Assembly (NCBI GenBank): GCA_036507075.1
Contig: DASXQR010000091.1
Coordinates: forward strand, 1 to 18,994
Length of the DNA: 18,994 nt
Reading direction: 5' to 3'
Source of the DNA: Acidobacteriota bacterium
GTDB lineage: Bacteria > Acidobacteriota > UBA6911 > JACQSX01
Part shown: positions 1 to 7,631 of the stretch, one piece after another
Numbering within the stretch: the first letter of the stretch is position 1
Layout of the letters: every line of letters starts with the position of its first letter
Program-made: the position numbers and the translations under genes
The notes under the pieces: model-generated
What the model saw: the letters and a program-made list of their open reading frames with translations, nothing else
Databases searched by the model: none
What the model was told of the DNA's origin: nothing

Positions 1-38
1 ATCAATTTTTACCACCAACGCACCAAGCCAGTTCAATT

Positions 39-74
39 CGCAACCCGGAACCCGAAACCGGAAAACCCGAAACT
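39..74. repeat. Degenerate ~7-nt tandem repeat (AACCCGG/AACCCGA/AACCGGA) upstream of greA
   Basis: cgcAACCCGG-AACCCGA-AACCGGA-aAACCCGA-AACtt read directly. Confidence 0.7.
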
Positions 75-91
75 TTTTTTGTGAATATCCG

Positions 92-559
92 ATGAAAGAA
101 GTTAAAAAGAAACTCGAAGACGAAATCCGTGCGCTTGAATACGAACTGAAGAACGAGCTGCCTAAGATAATTCAAACGGCGCGCGAGTTGGGAGACCTGC
201 GCGAGAACGCTGAATATCAAACCGCCAAAGAGCGCCAGACTCTTATCCAGGCCCAGATAGCGCAGCTCAAGGAGCGCCTTTCCAAGCTTTCCATGGTGAA
301 CCTGAAAAATATCCCTGAAGGAAAAGTAGCCTACGGTTCAACAGTGACCCTGTGGGATACGGATTCAGACAAGGAAGTGGTCTACAAGCTGGTGAGCAGT
401 GAAGAATCCAACGTGGGGAAGGGTTTGATTTCCATTAATTCCCCGATCGGCCGCAGCCTGATCGGCCATGTCGAAGGCGACGAGGTGGAAATTCAAACAC
501 CGGGAGGAAAAAAGTCCTACCAAATTCGCAAGCTGACGACAGTTCATGACAAAGAATAG
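92..559 (+). CDS. greA: Transcription elongation factor GreA
   Basis: 155 aa. N-terminal coiled coil with ARELGDLRENAEY (acidic tip residues) and C-terminal GSTVTL...ISINSPIGRSLIG...GDEVEIQTPGG Gre signature. Confidence 0.96.
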   Translation: MKEVKKKLEDEIRALEYELKNELPKIIQTARELGDLRENAEYQTAKERQTLIQAQIAQLKERLSKLSMVNLKNIPEGKVAYGSTVTLWDTDSDKEVVYKLVSSEESNVGKGLISINSPIGRSLIGHVEGDEVEIQTPGGKKSYQIRKLTTVHDKE

Positions 560-570
560 CGCCCGGCGAT

Positions 571-586
571 TGGCACCAGACATGCT
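571..586 (+). promoter_or_regulatory. Possible sigma54 (-24/-12) promoter upstream of the kinase
   Basis: TGGCAC-CAGAC-ATGCT has GG-N10-GC spacing and one mismatch to TGGCAC-N5-TTGCW. Confidence 0.3.
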
Positions 587-597
587 GAGTGAGATTT

Positions 598-3294
598 ATG
601 ACTAATTTGGCTCCCGGAACGCGGCTGGGGCCTTATGAGATTCTTGATTCCATCGGCGCCGGCGGAATGGGTGAGGTCTATCGTGCGCGCGACACACGCT
701 TGCAGCGTCTGGTCGCCGTCAAAGTACTTCCACCGCATCTGGCGGGGGACGATCAGCGCAGGCAGCGCCTGGAGCGGGAAGCCAAAGCCGTGGCATCCCT
801 GAATCACCCTCATATCTGCACACTTCATGACATTGGTCACCAGGATGGAATTGATTATCTCGTCATGGAGTACGTCGAAGGCCAGACACTCGCCCAGCGG
901 CTGGCAAAGGGAAGGTTGCCGCTCGCGCAGGTGCTGCGCTACGGCGTGCAAATCGCCGATGCGCTGGACAAGGCACACCGCTGCGGCATCATTCATCGCG
1001 ATCTGAAACCGGGCAATGTCATGCTGTCCAAAGCCGGCGGAGCAAAGCTGCTCGATTTTGGACTGGCCAAGCTGCGCGAGAAGGATCTCCAGCAGGGCGC
1101 GTCGGTGCTGACTAAAGTTCCAACCGCCTCCGACCCATTGACGGTGAACGGCACAATTCTCGGCACGGTCAGCTACATGGCGCCGGAGCAGCTTGAAGGG
1201 AACCCGGCGGACAGTCGCAGCGACATTTTTTCTTTCGGCGCTGTGCTCTACGAAATGCTCACCGGAAAGCGGGCATTCGAAGGGAAGAGCCAGGCCACCT
1301 TGATTGCGGCAATCCTGGAGCATGAACCTCCGCCCGCCGGTTCGCTTGAACCGATGACGCCTCCTGCGCTCGAGCGGCTGATCCGCCTCTGCCTGTCAAA
1401 GGATCCGGACGAGCGCTGGCAGAGCGCGCATGACATCAGGAATGAACTCGAGTGGATCCAGGATGCCGGTTCACAGGCGGGAGTGCCCGCGCCGGTAGCG
1501 TCACGCAGGAAGTATCGGGAGCGGTTTTGGATTGCCAGCACCGCGCTGCTCGCCTTATGCCTCATACTTTCGATTTTTTGGCCCGCGATTTCAGAAAACT
1601 GGCTCAGCACCAGAACGCGATCGCCGGTGCACGTGCAGCGCCTGACTGATTTCGCCGGCCTGGAGGAATTTCCGGCCATTTCCCCCGATGGTAAATCGGT
1701 TGTATTCACTGCCGACAGCGGTGGAACGAACCAGATTTGGGTTCGCCTGTTGACGGGAGGCGCGCCGCTTCAGATCACCCATGACCCGGTGGACCATCTT
1801 TTTCCGCGTTGGTCGCCCGACTCTTCGTCAATACTGTATTATTCGCCTTCGGCCGCGGGTGAATCACAGGGCGCGATATGGGAAATCTCGGCCCTCGGAG
1901 GTTCGCCGCGCCGTATCTCAGCCAGTCTTGGAGGAGCGGACCTTAGCCATGACGCCAGGGAAATCGCGCTTCTTCAATTTGTCAACGGTCAGATCGAACT
2001 GGCAGCGGCATCTCGTGATGGCTCCATCCGCCGCGTTATTGCGCGGCTCCCGTCGAACTTCCAGTATTTTTATCCGCGCTGGTCTCCGGACGATCAATGG
2101 ATCGCATATCAGCGGGGCTCAGTCTTCGATTACAAAATTTTTGTGGTGGCCGCAAAAGGCGGTGAACCGCGCTCCATCGTCAACGATGGAAGCCTGCTGA
2201 ATGGTTTTACGTGGCTGTCCGACAGTTCGGGCGTCGTATACAGCTCTTCGCGTGGCAGTACCATTCTCTATTTGCCCACGTTCAATCTCTGGTCGGCAAC
2301 CGTCAAAGGCAGCCGCCTTGTGCAGCTTACCTTTGGCGAGGCGTCGTATCTTCACCCTGACCTCAGCTCTTCGGGCAAGCTGGCGACAACCCGGATGCGC
2401 ATGCAGTTTGACATCTGGAAATACCCGGTGAATGGCAGCGCGGCGGAAAACGTGAGCCGCGGCGTTCGGATCACGCAGCAAACAGGGCAGGTGCAAACGC
2501 CCTCCGTATCACCCAGCGACCGTGAGCTTGTCTATCTTTCCGATGCCGGAGGCCACGCAAATCTGTGGAAAATGGATCTCGCCAATGGCGGCGTTCGGCA
2601 GGTCACTTACGAAGACGACGTGACCGTGGCACTCGGTGTGCCCGTTTGGTCACCGGACGGGAAGAACATCGCCTTTGTATCGAAGCGCAGCAGTGCGGCC
2701 AACGCCGACCTTTGGATGATCCGCACCGACGGAACAGACCGGAGGAAGGTGGAGCATGCGGTTGGCTGGGCCTGCTGGTCGTTCGACGGGAGATGGCTCT
2801 ACCACGTCGCCACGGAGGGAAACGTTACGGGCGTGAGAAAAATTAGAATCGACGGAGGCGAGTCGATCATGGTCCGGCGCGAAAGCGCGCAGGGGCCGGC
2901 GCTGTCTCCCGACGGCGCCACACTCTATTACGTTATGCCTCTGGCGAGCGTCAACGGCGTTTCCGACCTTGACATCCGCGCCGCGACGCCCGAGAGCGGC
3001 GCTTCGCGGGTCGTAGCCCGGATCGCAGGTTCACGTGTGCCGTCGTGGCAGCTTATCCACCCTGTTATGGCGCCCGATGGTAAGTCGCTTGCATTGCCAC
3101 TGGTGGATGCCGCCACTACCAATATCTGGGCGGTGGATACGTCGGATGGAAAGATGCGCCCTTTGACCGACTTTGGCGGACGTCGCACCTTTATTGTCCG
3201 TCGGATTTCCTGGTCCGCAGATGGCAACTCTATCTTTGCCGCCGTAGGCGAAGGCGACGCCGACATCATCTTGCTCGAAAGCTTGCAATACTGA
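598..3294 (+). CDS. Hanks-type Ser/Thr protein kinase with TM helix and C-terminal TolB-like/PD40 beta-propeller region
   Basis: GAGGMGEVY, VAVK, HRDLKPGN, DFGLAK, GTVSYMAPE and DIFSFG kinase motifs; hydrophobic FWIASTALLALCLILSIFWPAI; repeated P-x-W/I-S-P-D-G motifs. ATG 598 is preferred to GTG 589. Confidence 0.93.
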   Translation: MTNLAPGTRLGPYEILDSIGAGGMGEVYRARDTRLQRLVAVKVLPPHLAGDDQRRQRLEREAKAVASLNHPHICTLHDIGHQDGIDYLVMEYVEGQTLAQRLAKGRLPLAQVLRYGVQIADALDKAHRCGIIHRDLKPGNVMLSKAGGAKLLDFGLAKLREKDLQQGASVLTKVPTASDPLTVNGTILGTVSYMAPEQLEGNPADSRSDIFSFGAVLYEMLTGKRAFEGKSQATLIAAILEHEPPPAGSLEPMTPPALERLIRLCLSKDPDERWQSAHDIRNELEWIQDAGSQAGVPAPVASRRKYRERFWIASTALLALCLILSIFWPAISENWLSTRTRSPVHVQRLTDFAGLEEFPAISPDGKSVVFTADSGGTNQIWVRLLTGGAPLQITHDPVDHLFPRWSPDSSSILYYSPSAAGESQGAIWEISALGGSPRRISASLGGADLSHDAREIALLQFVNGQIELAAASRDGSIRRVIARLPSNFQYFYPRWSPDDQWIAYQRGSVFDYKIFVVAAKGGEPRSIVNDGSLLNGFTWLSDSSGVVYSSSRGSTILYLPTFNLWSATVKGSRLVQLTFGEASYLHPDLSSSGKLATTRMRMQFDIWKYPVNGSAAENVSRGVRITQQTGQVQTPSVSPSDRELVYLSDAGGHANLWKMDLANGGVRQVTYEDDVTVALGVPVWSPDGKNIAFVSKRSSAANADLWMIRTDGTDRRKVEHAVGWACWSFDGRWLYHVATEGNVTGVRKIRIDGGESIMVRRESAQGPALSPDGATLYYVMPLASVNGVSDLDIRAATPESGASRVVARIAGSRVPSWQLIHPVMAPDGKSLALPLVDAATTNIWAVDTSDGKMRPLTDFGGRRTFIVRRISWSADGNSIFAAVGEGDADIILLESLQY

Positions 3295-3352
3295 CCCGCT
3301 CGCGCGGCGCTTTGCCTGTCGGATACAATAGAATTCAGATCCAGGTACAGCC

Positions 3353-3598
3353 ATGCGTCGGATGCGGATTCGTGTTTGGACTGCTATTTGTCTGTTCGTC
3401 GCCTTCTTGTTGGCCGGCTGCAAAATTTCCGTCTCGATTGCGCGCGCTGATTATGTGGACGGGACGATATTTGCTGTGCGGCAGAGTTTTGGGTTTTCCG
3501 GCGTAAGATCAGAATTACTAACGTCACCTGACTTCGGCCGAACGTGGCGCGTGACAAATACAGAACATGAAGCAGTAGCGAAAATTCCGAAGGATTAG
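3353..3598 (+). CDS. Small putative lipoprotein with a single BNR/Asp-box motif (possibly truncated)
   Basis: Basic N-terminus, hydrophobic core and LAGC lipobox; TSPDFGRTW matches SxDxGxTW. Confidence 0.55.
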   Translation: MRRMRIRVWTAICLFVAFLLAGCKISVSIARADYVDGTIFAVRQSFGFSGVRSELLTSPDFGRTWRVTNTEHEAVAKIPKD

Positions 3599-3642
3599 TT
3601 GACTGAACAGACGTGAGAAAAAATCAGTACCGCGACCGTAAG

Positions 3643-3903
3643 CCCGGATTATTCATAAACTGGACAACGAACTGCAACCCCAACCACTCCTGCAACAGTG
3701 TGATGCTTATATCTGCCGACTGCCGATTGGTCATAGTGCTTTCACCGCAGAGTCGCCGAGATCGCCGAGGTCTCGCAGAGTTGCAGTCCAGCCTCTGCGA
3801 AATCTCAGCGTACTCTGCGCCTCGGCGGTGAATGCAATTGTGGCCGGCTTGCAGATATGTGCTGGGGCGATACGCCTGCTTCTCGGTTTATGAATAATCC
3901 GGG
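3643..3903. mobile_element. MITE-like element: 18-bp perfect terminal inverted repeats, TAAG direct repeat on both flanks, internal palindrome
   Basis: CCCGGATTATTCATAAAC (3643-3660) pairs with GTTTATGAATAATCCGGG (3886-3903). TAAG lies at 3639-3642 and 3904-3907. No transposase inside. Confidence 0.75.
3741..3832. repeat. Imperfect palindrome with ~9-nt CGCMGAG-type units nested inside the MITE-like element
   Basis: TTCACCGCAGAGTCGCCGAGATCGCCGAGGTCTCGCAGAG (3741-3780) versus CTCTGCGAAATCTCAGCGTACTCTGCGCCTCGGCGGTGAA (3793-3832). Confidence 0.85.
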
Positions 3904-3970
3904 TAAGGGAGCGCAGGAATGGAAAATCTTGCTAACTCCCGAAAAAACTTGGCTTTGCTGTAAGCCTTTT

Positions 3971-3996
3971 TGAAACGCTTGGATCTAATATTCGTA
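3971..3996 (+). promoter_or_regulatory. Putative ECF sigma-factor promoter for the receptor-VWA operon
   Basis: TGAAAC-N16-CGTA is an exact match to the SigW-type ECF consensus and lies about 160 nt upstream of ATG 4154. Confidence 0.5.
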
Positions 3997-4153
3997 CAGC
4001 ATAAGAGTACTCACGCCCAGGACTGGCAGGCCATGTGGTAGCGGCATGTTATCTCAGTGGCGGGAGTAACGGGCCTGGTTGCGCGGTCTTGTTCACTGTC
4101 CAGTGTGGGCAAGGCCGACGCAGCCGGGCAGATTTGTGATTGACGGCCATCAT

Positions 4154-7100
4154 ATGAAGCCAGCTCCGGCCATCCTGGCCGTGTTTGCCTCTGTTCTTAT
4201 TACCGCCTTCGGGGCTGAAACATTCAAGCTGAGCGGTACGGTTCGCGATTCCAAAAAGAGCGCCGTTGCGGGCGCCAGCGTGATGCTCGTGCAGCCCGGC
4301 ACATCGTTCCGCCGCGCAACGCGAAGCGATATCGCCGGCGCCTATGGATTTGCGGACATCCCTGCGGGCAGCTACCAACTCGTGGCACAAGGCCCTGCAG
4401 GAGTTGCCATGCAGCCGGTTTCGCTCAAATCTAAGAACTCGGTCGTCGACCTTCAACTCGCGCCTCCCTCCCAGAGCTCCGCCTTTTCATCCCTTGCCGC
4501 ATCCGGCGGGCCGCCCTCCGCCCCCGGTGGACCGTACACTGACACCAGCGGATCGACTGCCACCCTCGGTTCGTCGCCTGCCCCTGCCGCCGGTGCTTCG
4601 GAGGCTTTCCCGGAGCTGAACTTTAATCTGCCCCAGGCAGGCGCCTCCGGTTCGGCTGGAAGCGGCGGTGCTCCGGCGCCCGACTCGGTAACAATCATCA
4701 GAAGCGGCGCCATGCCGGAGTTCACTCCGTTTGGCATGGGAATGGGTGGTTTCGGCGATGACGAATTTCGACGGCCGGATGCGCGATCCAGAAGAGGCAA
4801 CAACGCCAGGCGAGACTCAAGAATGCCGAATGGGATTCGACCCGGAGCTCCGGCCGGGGCGAGAGAACCGGGCGCTGGCGGACCCGTGATCATCCAAGGG
4901 CCCATGGGTGGAATGGCGGGAGGAATAGGAGGAGGCGGCATGGCCGGCGGCGGCGGCCCGGGGGTGATGATCTACAGCCGGATGGGAGGCGCCCGCGCCA
5001 ATCGCCTGCAGGGAGGGGCTTCGCTCGGACTTCGCAGCTCGGCCCTGGACGCGCGACCCTATGCTTTGCTGGGCGAGGAAATTCCCGACCACCCGTACGA
5101 CGACGAGAACGTGGGTTTGAATCTAGGCGGTCCACTCTTTTTCCAGAAAGGGAAATCGCAGAATCGACGGGCCGCGCCCCAGTTTTTCCTGAACCTAGGC
5201 CTGAACCGCGGAAACGATTTGTTCACCGCCTTTTCAACGGTTCCCACGGCACTGGAAAGAAGCGGCGATTTTTCACAGTCCCGCTATGCCTCGGGCCCGC
5301 TTGCCGGACAGACAGTCAGAATCGCAAATCCTTTCGCGCCGGGACAGGCGTTTTCCGGAAGCCGGATTCCACAGGCGCTGATGGATCCCGCAGCGGCTGT
5401 CCTGCTCTCGTTCATGCCGCTGCCCAACCTGGAAGGACCCCAGAACTATTTCATCAATCGCAGCATCGGAAACCGAGGTCACAATTTCGGACTGACGTTT
5501 AATCTTCCGATCAACAATCAGATGCGCCTTAATTCCGGCGTGAATACAGGCAATCGAACCGGCGACGCTGCTAATCTCTTTCCGAATCTGGGAGGAGAAC
5601 GCACCACCAGTTTTGAAATAATTCGCGTCGGTCTTAACCACACTATCCGCCGCGGTCTAGTGGAAAACGGAAATGTCTCTATGTCGCGAAACCGGACGGA
5701 GGCATTGAACGGCTTTGCATTCCGGCGCGACCTGGAAGGAGAACTGGGAATCAGCGGCGTTTCGCGCCAGCCGGTAAACTGGGGAGTTCCCTCAATCATG
5801 TTTACCAACTTCGGCGATCTTCAGGATCTGAACGGATCGATCAGCGCCTTTCAGTCTTTGCGCTCCGACTACGGCCTGAATTGGATCCGGGGTTATCACT
5901 CCCTGCGCTTTGGCGCATCACTGACTCGGACTCTTCAAAATACTATTTCTGATGCCAACGGTCGCGGCACCTTCACATTTTCAGGTTTCGCAACCAGCCT
6001 CTTCAGCCGCGCGGGACTGCCCGTCCCTGGGACGGGATTTGATCTGGCCGATTTCCTGCTCGGTCTCCCCCAGAGCACCACAGTCCGCTATGGTTCGCCG
6101 GACTCTTATTTAAGGAATTGGGAATGGAGCGGATACGTGGAAGACAACTGGAAGCTTCATCCCCGGGTCACCTTCAATTTAGGCGTGAGGTACGATTTGA
6201 TCACGCCGGGCGTGGAGAAATACAACCGCCTGTCGAACCTGGACATTGCTCCGACTTTTACCGCCGCCGAGGTTGTCCTGGCGGGTGATACGGGAACGTT
6301 TTCCGGCGAGCTGCCAAGAAGTCTTATTTTCGCCGACAAGAACAATTTCAGCCCGCGGATAGGTGTGGCGTTCAAGCCGCGGGCCGACAACAGCCTGGTG
6401 GTTCGCGCGGGTTATAGTGTTTTTTACAATGACCATATTTATCGCCAGCTAACGCGGAAGCTTGTTTCGCAGCCGCCCTTCTCTTTCTCACAGAGGCTGC
6501 TCACGCAACCCGATCGCGTGCTGACTTTGCGGGACGGCTTTCCGCCGGACGATCGTCCCATCACAAACTCGATTGCCATTGATCCCCGGTATCGCACCGC
6601 GTACGTGCAGAGCTGGAATCTCAGTCTGCAGCAGCGGTTGCCCTGGAGACTGGTGGGCTCACTCACTTACCAGGGCAACAAGGGAACTCATCTGGACGTG
6701 CTGCGGGCGCCGAATCGCGCCCCTGCCGGTTCGTCGCTGGACACGGACTCGCGCCGGCGCATCGGCAACGCTCAGGAGTTTCTGTATCAGAGCAGCGGCG
6801 CTTCATCTTCGCTTCATTCTTTAAATGTCTCCGTACAGCGGCGCTTCGCCGGTGGATTCATGGCCAACGGAAATTACAACTTCGGCAAGTCCATCGACTA
6901 CATGTCTTCCGTGGGCGGAGGGTCGGGCATCGTGGTACAGAATGACGACGACCTGAGGTCCGAGCGAGGCCTGTCAAGTTTTGACGTGCGCCACCAGCTT
7001 TTCATCAACAGCATGTGGCAGCTTCCCTTTGGAGACCGAAGACGTTACTTCTCAGGTCCCGGGCTGGGACGCAAGCTGCTGGGAGGCTGGACCATTTCGC

Positions 7101-7531
7101 CGAATCTGGAAGTCACGAGCGGGCGGCCTTTCACGGCGCGCATTTCGGGCAATCAGATCAACAACAGCGGCACCGGCTCGTACGGCTCCGAACGCGCCAG
7201 CGTGACCGGGCAGCCGGTTGAAATCGATAACCAAACGACGGCGCACTTCTTTAACACCGGCGCCTTCACACTGCCCGCGCCGGGGCGGTTCGGGAACGCC
7301 GGGAGAAATACCATCCCCGGCCCGGGATCCTTCCGGTTGAACTTTACGCTGAATCGCGCCTTCCAGGTAAATGAACGGCAGCGATTGATGTTTTCCCTGT
7401 TCGCCATCAATGCCACCAATCACCCAAATTTTCAGAACATTGACACCGTGGTGAACCGCTTCAGCTTCGGCCAGGTGACCAGCATGGGACCGATGCGCCA
7501 GATTCGGGTGAACATGCGGTATTCGTTCTAA
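4154..7531 (+). CDS. TonB-dependent receptor-like outer-membrane beta-barrel (acidobacterial Oar/Cna-B type) with N-terminal carboxypeptidase-regulatory-like domain
   Basis: Signal peptide from ATG 4154 (MKPAPAILAVFASVLITAFGA); LSGTVRDS...VAGASV...GSYQL domain; YVEDNWKLHPRVTFNLGVRYD, DKNNFSPRIGVAF, FGNAGRN; C-terminal RQIRVNMRYSF beta-signal. Confidence 0.88.
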   Translation: MKPAPAILAVFASVLITAFGAETFKLSGTVRDSKKSAVAGASVMLVQPGTSFRRATRSDIAGAYGFADIPAGSYQLVAQGPAGVAMQPVSLKSKNSVVDLQLAPPSQSSAFSSLAASGGPPSAPGGPYTDTSGSTATLGSSPAPAAGASEAFPELNFNLPQAGASGSAGSGGAPAPDSVTIIRSGAMPEFTPFGMGMGGFGDDEFRRPDARSRRGNNARRDSRMPNGIRPGAPAGAREPGAGGPVIIQGPMGGMAGGIGGGGMAGGGGPGVMIYSRMGGARANRLQGGASLGLRSSALDARPYALLGEEIPDHPYDDENVGLNLGGPLFFQKGKSQNRRAAPQFFLNLGLNRGNDLFTAFSTVPTALERSGDFSQSRYASGPLAGQTVRIANPFAPGQAFSGSRIPQALMDPAAAVLLSFMPLPNLEGPQNYFINRSIGNRGHNFGLTFNLPINNQMRLNSGVNTGNRTGDAANLFPNLGGERTTSFEIIRVGLNHTIRRGLVENGNVSMSRNRTEALNGFAFRRDLEGELGISGVSRQPVNWGVPSIMFTNFGDLQDLNGSISAFQSLRSDYGLNWIRGYHSLRFGASLTRTLQNTISDANGRGTFTFSGFATSLFSRAGLPVPGTGFDLADFLLGLPQSTTVRYGSPDSYLRNWEWSGYVEDNWKLHPRVTFNLGVRYDLITPGVEKYNRLSNLDIAPTFTAAEVVLAGDTGTFSGELPRSLIFADKNNFSPRIGVAFKPRADNSLVVRAGYSVFYNDHIYRQLTRKLVSQPPFSFSQRLLTQPDRVLTLRDGFPPDDRPITNSIAIDPRYRTAYVQSWNLSLQQRLPWRLVGSLTYQGNKGTHLDVLRAPNRAPAGSSLDTDSRRRIGNAQEFLYQSSGASSSLHSLNVSVQRRFAGGFMANGNYNFGKSIDYMSSVGGGSGIVVQNDDDLRSERGLSSFDVRHQLFINSMWQLPFGDRRRYFSGPGLGRKLLGGWTISPNLEVTSGRPFTARISGNQINNSGTGSYGSERASVTGQPVEIDNQTTAHFFNTGAFTLPAPGRFGNAGRNTIPGPGSFRLNFTLNRAFQVNERQRLMFSLFAINATNHPNFQNIDTVVNRFSFGQVTSMGPMRQIRVNMRYSF

Positions 7532-7532
7532 C

Positions 7533-7606
7533 CCCTGGCCCTTTGATGGTGTCTTGGTGGTTGACAGTTTTGTGAACCACCAAGGCACCAAGGCACCAAG
7601 CCAGGG
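7533..7606. repeat. Intergenic hairpin with 8-nt CACCAAGG tandem units
   Basis: CCCTGGC...GTGTCTTGGTGGTT / AACCACCAAGGCACCAAGGCACCAA...GCCAGGG immediately after the receptor stop codon. Confidence 0.8.
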
Positions 7607-7631
7607 ACCTTGCTCGGAGTAGCATTTCAAA

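Noticed and set aside
544..1323. 259-aa antisense ORF over the kinase domain
   Set aside because: It is a shadow ORF of a well-conserved GC-rich gene; the same applies to the other antisense ORFs over the receptor, VWA and ccm genes.
3613..3831. 72-aa ORF running into the MITE-like element
   Set aside because: It has no transposase or other motif and reads through the TIR and palindrome sequence.
4079..4153. Longer N-terminus of the receptor from TTG 4079
   Set aside because: The signal peptide begins at ATG 4154, and the extra 25 aa do not look like a leader.
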